Shown here: positions 39,699 to 47,911 of the stretch, in pieces | Layout of the letters: each line of letters begins with the position of its first letter | How positions within the stretch are numbered: position 1 is the stretch's first letter | Source of the DNA: an uncultured Acidimicrobiia bacterium | GTDB lineage: Bacteria > Actinomycetota > Acidimicrobiia > Spongiisociales > UBA11373 | Assembly (NCBI GenBank): GCA_964511945.1 | Contig: CAZEHO010000003.1 | Span: 62,431-126,430, forward strand | Length of the DNA stretch: 64,000 nt | Direction: 5' to 3' | The notes under the pieces: model-generated | Told to the model about the DNA's origin: nothing | Databases searched by the model: none | The model's input: the letters and a program-made list of their open reading frames with translations, nothing else | Made by a program: the position numbers and the translations under genes

Positions 39699-40469
39699 TC
39701 AGGTGTCCGGGAACGGCGACTTCAACTGGAGTTCGCACTCTTCGTGGTATTCGACGTCGCCGATCGGACTCTGGCTCGTGGTGGTTCCGTCCTGCGCCCT
39801 GCGGGCGATCAGCGGGGTTCCGGGGAGCGTCCAGATATCGACCCGATTCGTCCCGAATGTCTCTCCTGCAACGTCCGTCCATCTCCGGACGTGCAGCACC
39901 TCGACCTCGGTCCCACCGATCATCAAGGTCTCCAGACCGATGACCTCGTGGTGCATCGTCTCGAGCGACCCTTCCTTGCCACACGTCACCGACCACTGCT
40001 CCCCGACCTCGCCCGTCGTTCGGAACGGTTCGGGATACGTGAACTGGTCTAGGTTCCCGACACCGAACCATTCGTGATATGACAGCCATCCGGCGAGCAG
40101 GCCGTCATCGCAGTAGTCCCATTCGGTCCATCGCTGGGCGAAGGCGTGCCACCGCACCAGGGTCCCGCAGCCTCCGGGCTGCAGGGTCAGGCAGGTCTCG
40201 AGCGGGAAATCGTGGCGGGCACCTCCGAGTGCATCGGCGGTTTCGAGGCCCGTCGTGACGTAGCGGTAGAGCCCGTAGTCGCCGGGCTGGCCGCCTCCGG
40301 CGACCACACTCATGGTCACGGTGACGTCCTCTGCGCTGACGGGTGTCCCCCGGTCCCACAACAGGGTCGTCACGGTGACGATCCCGGCGATCAGGAGGGC
40401 GCCGGCGGCCCCGAGCCAGATCCACAGCCTCTTGCGAGACGGCCGTTCAGTCGAAGCATCCCCGGTCAA
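39699..40469 (-). CDS. Hypothetical membrane-anchored protein
   Basis: N-terminal TM (WIWLGAAGALLIAGIVTVTTLLW); 256 aa; no recognisable domain. Confidence 0.5.
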   Translation of the reverse strand: MTGDASTERPSRKRLWIWLGAAGALLIAGIVTVTTLLWDRGTPVSAEDVTVTMSVVAGGGQPGDYGLYRYVTTGLETADALGGARHDFPLETCLTLQPGGCGTLVRWHAFAQRWTEWDYCDDGLLAGWLSYHEWFGVGNLDQFTYPEPFRTTGEVGEQWSVTCGKEGSLETMHHEVIGLETLMIGGTEVEVLHVRRWTDVAGETFGTNRVDIWTLPGTPLIARRAQDGTTTSQSPIGDVEYHEECELQLKSPFPDT

Positions 40470-40473
40470 CGAA

Positions 40474-40887
40474 TCAGACGAAGAGCCCCTGCACGAAGGT
40501 GCACACCGCGATGATCACGAACCAATGAGCCACATCAATGAGGAGCACCAGCGGTGACCGTCGCGCCCAGATCACCGCGCTGAGCAGCACCGGGAGGATG
40601 ATCAGCACCCCGAGAGCGAGGCCCATCACGATTGCGTGCCCGAAATCGTCGGCGACACCCCACCACGCCAGTCCCACGTTGAGTACGACCATGTAGATCG
40701 CGGTCGCAGCAATCTTCGCCGGCGGTGGCGACGAGTCCATCCTCACCCCGGCCGCACGTGACCACGGCTTCCCGAACAGCGGCCCGTACCAGAGAGTCCC
40801 GATGATCATCGCCGCAACGGTTCCGACCACCACCCCAATCCAGTCCAAGTCGCCGAACCGGTCGAAGAATTGGTCGGTCGAGAGCAC
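40474..40887 (-). CDS. DUF1761-family small membrane protein
   Basis: GTLWYGPLFGKPW motif; 4 TM; 137 aa. Confidence 0.55.
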   Translation of the reverse strand: MLSTDQFFDRFGDLDWIGVVVGTVAAMIIGTLWYGPLFGKPWSRAAGVRMDSSPPPAKIAATAIYMVVLNVGLAWWGVADDFGHAIVMGLALGVLIILPVLLSAVIWARRSPLVLLIDVAHWFVIIAVCTFVQGLFV

Positions 40888-40965
40888 CGACTTCCCCCTT
40901 CTTATGTCCGCTGACGGTCAGACTACCGATGTCCGGACTCGCCGAAGGAGGCCACGCCGCAGGAG

Positions 40966-42414
40966 TCACCCGAGACCGATCGGGCTCCACACCGCTGTGT
41001 CGGGATTGAATTGGCTCCAGGCGAACCAGAAGGCCTGGTGGGTGGATATCGGGTCCCCCGCCGAGGTCTCGGCGGTCAGTCCGGCCCCGTCGGTCACGAC
41101 CCGCACGTCACCGAATTCCACCGGAGTCCCGCCCTCGAGAGCTCGGACTACTTCACCCACCGGGAAGGCGACGGCTGTACCGTCGGGTGCGACAACCCCG
41201 AGCACCGGCTCCTGCACCGGCAACCGCGGATCGACCTCGCCGATCGGGAAGATCGGTCCATCGTCGTCACGACCCCCCAGTGGGTCGTCGATGTAGCGCC
41301 TGCCGATGCCGCCGTCCTCGGCGACGATGGAGGTGTCGGGGTGCGCCGCCTTCCAATCCCCCCAGGTCGCGGTGATGACCGTCACCGGCTCGAGCTGATG
41401 GCCCTGGAGTGGTCCGGAGAGGCCGAGACCCGTGAAGGTGTCGAACACCGATCGGGTGTGGAACTCGTACGTGACCTTGTTGGAGCGCGACAGCAGCCCG
41501 GAGGTCCGCAGTTCCAGCGTCTCCAAGCCCTCGGGCGCATCGTCCGTCAAGTACGCCTGAGCCGAGCCGCACAGCGTGCAGTACGGCATCCCGACCCGGC
41601 GGCCGCCCACGGTGTCGTTCACCATTTCGTGGACTTCCATCATGTTCTTCGGATAGGCCCGGGCCTCGCCGTTCACCACAATGCCGAAGATGGTTCGATC
41701 GTCCGGGTACCAATCCCCGCCGGCGGCATCGGTGACGGCCGGATCGTTGAGGGCAGGAATACACCCGTCCGGGCACGGGAGGTGGGTCTGATCGATCGGA
41801 CGGTCGTCGATCAACACACCCCCCCAGGAGAGCCACCGCCAGTCGATGTCGGCATCGGCATCGTCGAAGAACGGCGCCCACCCGGGCTCGAGGAACTCGA
41901 ACAACAGCCGCTTCCAATCGGTGTATCCGGGAGGGGCCGGGATGTCCCAGGCGATCATCCGGTCGGTCACCTGGCCCCAGGCGAACGTGGCGGTGATGTC
42001 GGTTCCGGTGAGTTCTTCGAATGCTGCCACCGCGGTGTCGGCGATGAATCCCCGCTGGGCAAACCGCAGGAGATCGGCGAGCAGCCAGCCGATGCGAACA
42101 TCGCCCGACTTGCCGAGTCGAGTGATGGCCTCGGCGTCGACCACATTGCCGAGATCGCCGAACACGAGATCGAGGTCTGCCGCAACCGAGTCCGCCAGGG
42201 CGCCCATCGCGATGAAGGCCGGGGCGTCCGGGATCGGAGATCCGATCGAATCGCGCGAAACGGACGGCTCGATCGTGGTCGTCGTGGTGACCGCTGTGGT
42301 CGCGACCGCCTGGTCGTCGTCCGATGAATCGGCGTCGTCCGATGAGTCGGTGCCGTCCGACGAACATGCCGCGGCCAGGAGCGCGATGAGGATCAACAGG
42401 GAGAGTCGCTTCAC
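40966..42414 (-). CDS. DUF3179-domain lipoprotein
   Basis: Signal and lipobox (LLAAACS), an acidic S/D linker, and a DUF3179-like core (GIVVNGEARAYPKNMM...YEFHTRS.FDT.TG). Confidence 0.65.
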   Translation of the reverse strand: MKRLSLLILIALLAAACSSDGTDSSDDADSSDDDQAVATTAVTTTTTIEPSVSRDSIGSPIPDAPAFIAMGALADSVAADLDLVFGDLGNVVDAEAITRLGKSGDVRIGWLLADLLRFAQRGFIADTAVAAFEELTGTDITATFAWGQVTDRMIAWDIPAPPGYTDWKRLLFEFLEPGWAPFFDDADADIDWRWLSWGGVLIDDRPIDQTHLPCPDGCIPALNDPAVTDAAGGDWYPDDRTIFGIVVNGEARAYPKNMMEVHEMVNDTVGGRRVGMPYCTLCGSAQAYLTDDAPEGLETLELRTSGLLSRSNKVTYEFHTRSVFDTFTGLGLSGPLQGHQLEPVTVITATWGDWKAAHPDTSIVAEDGGIGRRYIDDPLGGRDDDGPIFPIGEVDPRLPVQEPVLGVVAPDGTAVAFPVGEVVRALEGGTPVEFGDVRVVTDGAGLTAETSAGDPISTHQAFWFAWSQFNPDTAVWSPIGLG

Positions 42415-42518
42415 GGCCGGTGTAACGCCGGAGGCGCCGAAGGCGTTCCCGATGCACCGGGAACCTCCGGCGGGTTCCGCAACGTCACAGTCGCAGAAGA
42501 CACAGGAGGGGTCACCTC

Positions 42519-43082
42519 ATGAAGATCACTCTCAAACTGGGTGTACTTGCGGTCGCGGCGCTGCTCCTCGTTGCCGCGTGCGGCGATACCGAGCCCGAGA
42601 CCGCATCCGCGCCGACCACATCGGCACCCGTGGCTGTCCCGGATGACACGCTGCCACCTAATCCGGCTGCCGGTGCCTGCTCGGAGGGCGACCCGGACTG
42701 CAACGACATCCCGGGCCTCGAGCCGGAGCCTCCGATCCTCGCCGACGAACCGGATCTCGGTGTCGATCCGGGGACCGGAAGCAGCGGCTTCATCGTCGGC
42801 GGCGGTCTCAGTGTCGAAGAGGCTCTCGGCGGCAACGCAACGGGTGTGATCGCCGTTTCGGGGTTCGTGGTCAGCGATGCGAGCGGCCATCGGCTCTGCG
42901 ACCTGCTGGCCGAGTCCATGCCACCGCAGTGCGGTGGAGCCTCGATCGACGTTGCGAATCTCGACATCGTCGACCCCGACGAACTCAAGAGCTCTCAGGG
43001 GGTGATCTGGACCGACTTCCCCGTCACCATCGTCGGTGAGATCGTCGACGGGGTCCTGATCCCGACTCCGGCGTCCGCCTAA
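42519..43082 (+). CDS. Small lipoprotein, unknown function
   Basis: Signal and lipobox (LLVAACG); several Cys; 187 aa. Confidence 0.6.
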   Translation: MKITLKLGVLAVAALLLVAACGDTEPETASAPTTSAPVAVPDDTLPPNPAAGACSEGDPDCNDIPGLEPEPPILADEPDLGVDPGTGSSGFIVGGGLSVEEALGGNATGVIAVSGFVVSDASGHRLCDLLAESMPPQCGGASIDVANLDIVDPDELKSSQGVIWTDFPVTIVGEIVDGVLIPTPASA

Positions 43083-43100
43083 CCCGGCAGTCCACCCGCT

Positions 43101-43131
43101 CAAAGCCCCGGGCCTGTGTCCCGGGGCTTTG
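43101..43131 (+). terminator. Hairpin terminator after the 42519-43082 gene
   Basis: CAAAGCCCCGG-gcctgtgtc-CCGGGGCTTTG, a perfect 11-bp stem 19 nt after the stop, ending in CTTTGG. Confidence 0.6.
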
Positions 43132-43306
43132 GCATGCGCCTTGGACAACCGTCTCTGCACGACTCAGGTGAGCTCCGCTCGCATCACCAGACCGGCACCA
43201 TCGACGTCGGCGGCACCGGACCTGCGCTCACCGATCAGTTCGTCAACGGCGCAGTCGGATGCTGATCTCCGGGAAGAGCCCGCGAGGCACTAGCCTCACC
43301 GCCACT

Positions 43307-43531
43307 ATGGACATCAGCATTGAATACTGCGTCGTCTGAAACTACGAACCGCGGGCGTCCAGTTTGGGCGCCGAAATCGAAAGAGCGATCCCCGAGGCTT
43401 CGGTGACGCTGATTCCCGGCGGGCGTGGCGACTTGATCGTCAAGCGCGGCGATGAGTTCGTTTGGGACAGGAAGGGCATGGGCAACATGTGGCCGGAGAC
43501 CGACGAGCTGATCGCCAAGCTCAAGGAGTAG
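43307..43531 (+). CDS. selW: SelW/Rdx-family selenoprotein (SelW-like). In-frame TGA at 43337-43339 is predicted to encode selenocysteine in a CxxU motif.
   Basis: Translation MDISIEYCVVU*NYEPRASSLGAEIERAIPEASVTLIPGGRGDLIVKRGDEFVWDRKGMGNMWPETDELIAKLKE, with Sec at the TGA. The frame stays GC3-rich and coding-like on both sides of the TGA. The IEYC..U redox motif and the C-terminal GG..(D/E)..V(W)(D/S)(R/K)K..G.(F/W)P pattern match Rdx/SelW proteins. A candidate SECIS hairpin (GGCGUC-CAGUUUG-GGCGCC) lies at 43354-43372, 15 nt 3' of the UGA. Confidence 0.7.
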
Positions 43532-43533
43532 CG

Positions 43534-44109
43534 CTACCCGCCGCGAGGGTTGTACACCTGGCCGTCGCTCGCCGCGAAGTCGCTATATACCCGGCACGCC
43601 TCATCGGTGAGCACTCCGTCGATCACTTCGACACCCCGTTCCGCCAGTTCGCCCTTCCACTCCGGGTGCACCGGACCCTCGTCGAACCCGGTGATCTGCT
43701 CCAGCTCCGGACCGCTCCCGGCAACGGCGAGCGACCGGACTCCCGACCACAGGGTGGCACCGAGGCACATGGCGCATGGCCGCCAGTTGACGACGAGTTG
43801 GTGTACCGGCATCCCGGACTCGCCGAGGTCGAAGGTCCCGAGCTGTTGCTGAGCGAGTGACAGTGCCATGACCTCGGCGTGCGCCGATGAGCAGTTCGAC
43901 GGTATGACACGGTTTACGCCGATCACGACGAGCTTCCCGCTGAGCTTCTCGAACACCCCGGCAGCAAACGGTCCACCGGTCCCGTGCTCGAAATTGAGAC
44001 GGGAGAACCGGATGACCTGGGCCATCCGGCGCTCGAGGTCGGGAAGGTGGCTGGGAAGACGCCGGTGCTCTTCGATCGCCCATTCGGGCATCGTCAGCGT
44101 GAACTCCAT
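43534..44109 (-). CDS. CMP/dCMP-type zinc-dependent nucleoside/nucleotide deaminase (TadA/guanine-deaminase-like)
   Basis: HAEVMAL and PCAMCLGA zinc-binding motifs. Confidence 0.8.
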   Translation of the reverse strand: MEFTLTMPEWAIEEHRRLPSHLPDLERRMAQVIRFSRLNFEHGTGGPFAAGVFEKLSGKLVVIGVNRVIPSNCSSAHAEVMALSLAQQQLGTFDLGESGMPVHQLVVNWRPCAMCLGATLWSGVRSLAVAGSGPELEQITGFDEGPVHPEWKGELAERGVEVIDGVLTDEACRVYSDFAASDGQVYNPRGG

Positions 44110-44187
44110 GGACCCTCCCTCGTTGCCACTCGGCTGCGGGCAGTATCGCGGATCGAGACGGCCTACCGGATGAGAGGTCCGGGTCGC

Positions 44188-47100
44188 CTATTCCTTCCCT
44201 GATCCCGAGTCGGTGGACGCGGCCTCCCCCGGATCAGCGATCCCCGGAGCCGGACCTGGAGAGCTCCCCTGCTGTGGTGGCCCCTGCATAGTCTGACCCG
44301 AAGGAGGTGACGGCGGTGGAGGCGGAGGCGGGGGCGGGGTGGTCCCCGGCTTGACGGTCGGCGACAGCGGTTCGGCGGGCGGTGACGGCGCCGACGGGGT
44401 GATCGACTCCGACAGCCGATTGGCGTCCTCGGGTGAAAGCGACTGCAGGATTCGCTGGGCATCGGCCGCCCGCCCGTCGCGGACCGCCGCTTCGAGTTGC
44501 CCTCTCGCCTGTTCGAGACCGACCTGGTGGTCCACGGCGCTGGTCGCACCTTGGAGGCGTTCGGTCTCCAGGGTGTTCCTGATGTGGGTGAGGGTGTCGA
44601 TCGGCTGTCCGGTACGAGGGTCGGTGAGGTTCGGCGGCAGCTTGTCGAGCAGCTCCTGGATATCGGGATTGGACGAAGGGTCGAGGAGAGCGTCGACATC
44701 GCTGCCCGGCTGCAGCGGTCCGACCACCTCACGCACCTGATCGGTCGCCGCATCCAGTACCCGGGTGTTCATGCGCTCGAGGATGTCCGCCTCGACGGCA
44801 GCCCGGGTGTCCGGATCGAGTGAGTCCAGGTAGTCGCGAACCCGCGGGTTCTCGGCCAGCGTCGTTCGCGGGTCGGTGCTGGTGACCACCCGCTCGGCAT
44901 CGATGTCGCTGGGATCGAGCGGCGTATTCGGACCCGCCTCCGGCCCGAGGTGCTGCTCGAACGCGTCGCGGGTCTCATCGTCCAAGCCGTCCCAGAAGTC
45001 ATTGATCGGACCCGGGTTGCCGCCCTGCTGGGTCGACTGATCCATGGCCTCCTGCAACCTCACGACCAGGCCCTCGTTCTCGAAGATGGTCCACCCGGTA
45101 TCGCCGGCTCCCTGCAACCGCTCCGCCTCCAAGGTGTTGCGGATCTGTTCGAGCGGGTCGATCTGATCGCCGGTGTTCGGATCGGTCAGGCGATGGGGCA
45201 GCTGATCGAGCAACTCCTGCAGGTCTGGGTTCCGGGACGGGTCGAGGAGGACGTCGATCTCGTCACCCGGTCCGAGTGGTCCGACGATGTCGCGTACCCG
45301 GTCGGTGGCCGCCTCGATGACCCGGCCGTTCATCCGATCGAGGAGGCTTGCCTCGACCGCCGCTCTCGTCTCGTGATCCAGCGAGTCCAGGTAATCCCGG
45401 AGTTGTGGAGTCTCGATGAGGACGGCTCCGGGATCGTCGGCGGTAACGACCCGTTCCGGATCGAGCGCATCGGGTCGTCCGCCACCCGACGTCGGTCCCC
45501 CATCGCCCCCGGGTGGGAATCGTTCATCGAGATAGTCCCGCTCGGCGTCACTCAGACCTTCCCAGAACTTATCGACGGGTCCCGGGTCGCCGCCCTGCAG
45601 GCGCGACTGCTCCAACGCGTCCTGGAACTTGATGACGACACCCTCACCACGGAAGATCGTCCACGCCATCTCCTCGGCGACTTCCACCCGTTCTGCCTCG
45701 AGCACGTTGTGGATGTGGATGAGCGGATCGATCCGCTCGCCCGTCCTCGGATCCGTCAGGTGCTCGGGCAGGCGGTTGATCAGATCCTGCAGATCGGGAT
45801 TCGCCGATGGATCCAGCAGTCGATCGAGATCGGCGTCGGGCCCGATCGGCCCGATCACGTTACGGACCTGGTCGGTCGCTGAATCCAGCAGCCGGTCATT
45901 CAGCCGGTCGACCAGCTCCTGCGTCACTGCGATGGCGTCGCCGTGCGGCAGATCATTCAGCGCTTCGCGGACCGCATCGGATTGCAGGAGTTCATCGGGA
46001 TCGAAGAAGTCCTGCGGAGTACCCGACCCGCTCGGCTGCATCGGCGCCGATTCGCTGATGAGATCCCGCAGTCCGGACCAACTGCCGTCCTGCCACGCAC
46101 CCAGAATCCGCTCCACCGACATCCCGGCGTTGGCAAGGGCGGTCGCCAGCAGCAGTGCTTCTCCGACGAGTCCGGCCACCGAGAGCCGTACTGCTGCCGA
46201 CGGCGGCAAGCCGGATTCCCCGGCGAGCAGCTGCTGTGCAAGGGGATCGTTGCTCAGGTCGATGCCGTCGGTGGCCCCCCACATGGCGTTGACGGCCGAG
46301 ATGTCCCATTCGCCCCGTTCGTTGATGTTCTCGGCGGTTCGCACGACCTGCGGATCGGCCATACCGCCCGGGGTGAAGACCTCGCCCGACCCGGGCACGC
46401 CGTCGTTCTTTTCGCCGCAGAACGCGATGATCACGTCGGTCTGCACCTCGCCCTCCGGCGTCTCGGGACGAACGGCGATCACTTCGCCACCGGCCGTGAT
46501 CATGGTCTGCACCGATGTGTCGCCGGGCGTGAGCTGCAGTCCGATCGGCACGCGGATGTAAATGGTCTCCGCGGTTGAATTGGTTGTCCGCACCCGGATC
46601 GACGATCCGTAGTAGGAGCCGTTTCCGCGGAGTTCGACGGTCAGCCCGTCAACCTTGCCGGCGTCGGTGAACAGGTCCGAGAGGTCATGGACCGTGGCTC
46701 CGACTGGGGCCTGATCGACGGTTTCGGCCGTTGCGGTGCCGGGGAGGCTCAGCAGCAACCCCAGAGCGAGGACGGCGTAAACCGTTGTTCGCGCCTGCGC
46801 CGCGCCGAGGGCATTCGACCGCCCGAGCATGAGTCCGCCGAGCAGGGCGGCGCCGAAAAACGACCCGGCCGTCCCCAAGGGGATCAGCCCCGAGCGGTTG
46901 AGGGCGCCGGCCAGCTGCATCAGGGTGATCCCGGCTCCCCACCCGACGATGCCGAGCACGCTACGGCTGGCGAAGGCGGCTCCATCGGCGACCCGGATCA
47001 TCAACTGCCTGCCCTGGAAGACGCCAATGCCGAGACCGGCCGCCAGGCCCAACACGAGGTAGACGGGAGGCGTCTCGGCACCGTGGACCAGAGTCAGGAC

Positions 47101-47250
47101 GATCGCGGTAGCAGCCGAGAGCAGGAACCTGACCAGCTCCAGGCGGGGCCGGATCCGGGTTTCCCGCCGAACCATGAAGACCGCGAGGAGCAACGCGGCG
47201 ATCGACAGCGGGATCAGGACGATGCTGATGATTCGGGCGACGGCACCCAT
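44188..47250 (-). CDS. Large membrane protein: N-terminal multi-TM region, signal-like segment, three internal roughly 155-aa repeats, Pro-rich C-terminal tail
   Basis: 1020 aa. Repeats of D(S/A)ATDQVR(N/D/E)V(I/V)GP(I/L)GP..(D/E)(L/I)D.LLDPS.NPD(L/I)Q(D/E)L(I/L).(R/Q/K)LP..LTDP.TG..IDPL..I.N.LE.ER... The tail runs ...GTTPPPPPPPPPSPPSG. Confidence 0.65.
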   Translation of the reverse strand: MGAVARIISIVLIPLSIAALLLAVFMVRRETRIRPRLELVRFLLSAATAIVLTLVHGAETPPVYLVLGLAAGLGIGVFQGRQLMIRVADGAAFASRSVLGIVGWGAGITLMQLAGALNRSGLIPLGTAGSFFGAALLGGLMLGRSNALGAAQARTTVYAVLALGLLLSLPGTATAETVDQAPVGATVHDLSDLFTDAGKVDGLTVELRGNGSYYGSSIRVRTTNSTAETIYIRVPIGLQLTPGDTSVQTMITAGGEVIAVRPETPEGEVQTDVIIAFCGEKNDGVPGSGEVFTPGGMADPQVVRTAENINERGEWDISAVNAMWGATDGIDLSNDPLAQQLLAGESGLPPSAAVRLSVAGLVGEALLLATALANAGMSVERILGAWQDGSWSGLRDLISESAPMQPSGSGTPQDFFDPDELLQSDAVREALNDLPHGDAIAVTQELVDRLNDRLLDSATDQVRNVIGPIGPDADLDRLLDPSANPDLQDLINRLPEHLTDPRTGERIDPLIHIHNVLEAERVEVAEEMAWTIFRGEGVVIKFQDALEQSRLQGGDPGPVDKFWEGLSDAERDYLDERFPPGGDGGPTSGGGRPDALDPERVVTADDPGAVLIETPQLRDYLDSLDHETRAAVEASLLDRMNGRVIEAATDRVRDIVGPLGPGDEIDVLLDPSRNPDLQELLDQLPHRLTDPNTGDQIDPLEQIRNTLEAERLQGAGDTGWTIFENEGLVVRLQEAMDQSTQQGGNPGPINDFWDGLDDETRDAFEQHLGPEAGPNTPLDPSDIDAERVVTSTDPRTTLAENPRVRDYLDSLDPDTRAAVEADILERMNTRVLDAATDQVREVVGPLQPGSDVDALLDPSSNPDIQELLDKLPPNLTDPRTGQPIDTLTHIRNTLETERLQGATSAVDHQVGLEQARGQLEAAVRDGRAADAQRILQSLSPEDANRLSESITPSAPSPPAEPLSPTVKPGTTPPPPPPPPPSPPSGQTMQGPPQQGSSPGPAPGIADPGEAASTDSGSGKE
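44500..46020 (-). repeat. Three diverged tandem intragenic repeats (about 465 nt each) inside the 44188-47250 gene
   Basis: Protein-level triplication visible in the translation; the nucleotide copies are diverged. Confidence 0.6.
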
Positions 47251-47422
47251 TTCTCACCTCGCCCCTTCACCTTGCGGTACCCGGACGCGCTTTCCCAGGG
47301 GCGGAAGGCCCTAGCTGATTGGCGGTGATCTCCCGTCAGCGGATCTTCCACACCCGGAACAGTGCCGCTGCTCCCGCGATTCCACAGCTAGAAGCCGAAG
47401 GGCCCTTCGGTAGGGTCCTCGC

Positions 47423-47806
47423 TCAGCGCTTCTTCGCCGAGCCGCGCACTTCGTCGGCCGGGTAGCGCAGGGCGTTCCGGGCGAACTTGTCCTCAAACGC
47501 CTCGGCGAGGTCGACGTCCATGACATCGGCGAGGCGAATCAGGTACTGCAGGATGTCGACGATCTCATCGGCGACGGCCCGCTTCTGCTCCGGATCGTCC
47601 GCCACCGCAGCCGCCTGCTCCGGCGTGAGCCATTGGAAGATCTCGAGGAGTTCACCCGCTTCACCGGCGAGCGCCATGGCGAGGTTCTTCGGGAGGTGGA
47701 ATTGCTCCCAATCACGGTCCACGGCCCAATCGCGCAGGAACCGGCGGGCCTGTTCCATATCGAACGTCTCGGTCACGAAGCCGACGCTAGCGGGATGACC
47801 AATCAC
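47423..47806 (-). CDS. MazG-like nucleotide pyrophosphohydrolase (all-alpha NTP-PPase)
   Basis: 127 aa; EAGELLEIFQW...EIVDILQYLIRLA pattern. Confidence 0.75.
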   Translation of the reverse strand: MIGHPASVGFVTETFDMEQARRFLRDWAVDRDWEQFHLPKNLAMALAGEAGELLEIFQWLTPEQAAAVADDPEQKRAVADEIVDILQYLIRLADVMDVDLAEAFEDKFARNALRYPADEVRGSAKKR

Positions 47807-47911
47807 ACCGAGAGCGGGCGGGCGGTCACCAGCGTGCGCAGATGTCGATTGCGCCTGAGCACGGATTCACCCCCTCCCGGTCGGGGAGCGTACCCGCATG
47901 AGTCGGAGCCG

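Noticed and set aside
43342-43524. 60-aa minus-strand ORF from the track in the SelW region
   Set aside because: It lies on the opposite strand to the SelW/Rdx-like reading and has poor codon bias. The plus-strand frame with read-through of the single TGA gives a family-typical protein.
47423-47806. MazG-like gene as part of a toxin-antitoxin or phage-defence module
   Set aside because: No adjacent toxin, antitoxin or integrase genes. It looks like a stand-alone housekeeping NTP pyrophosphohydrolase.
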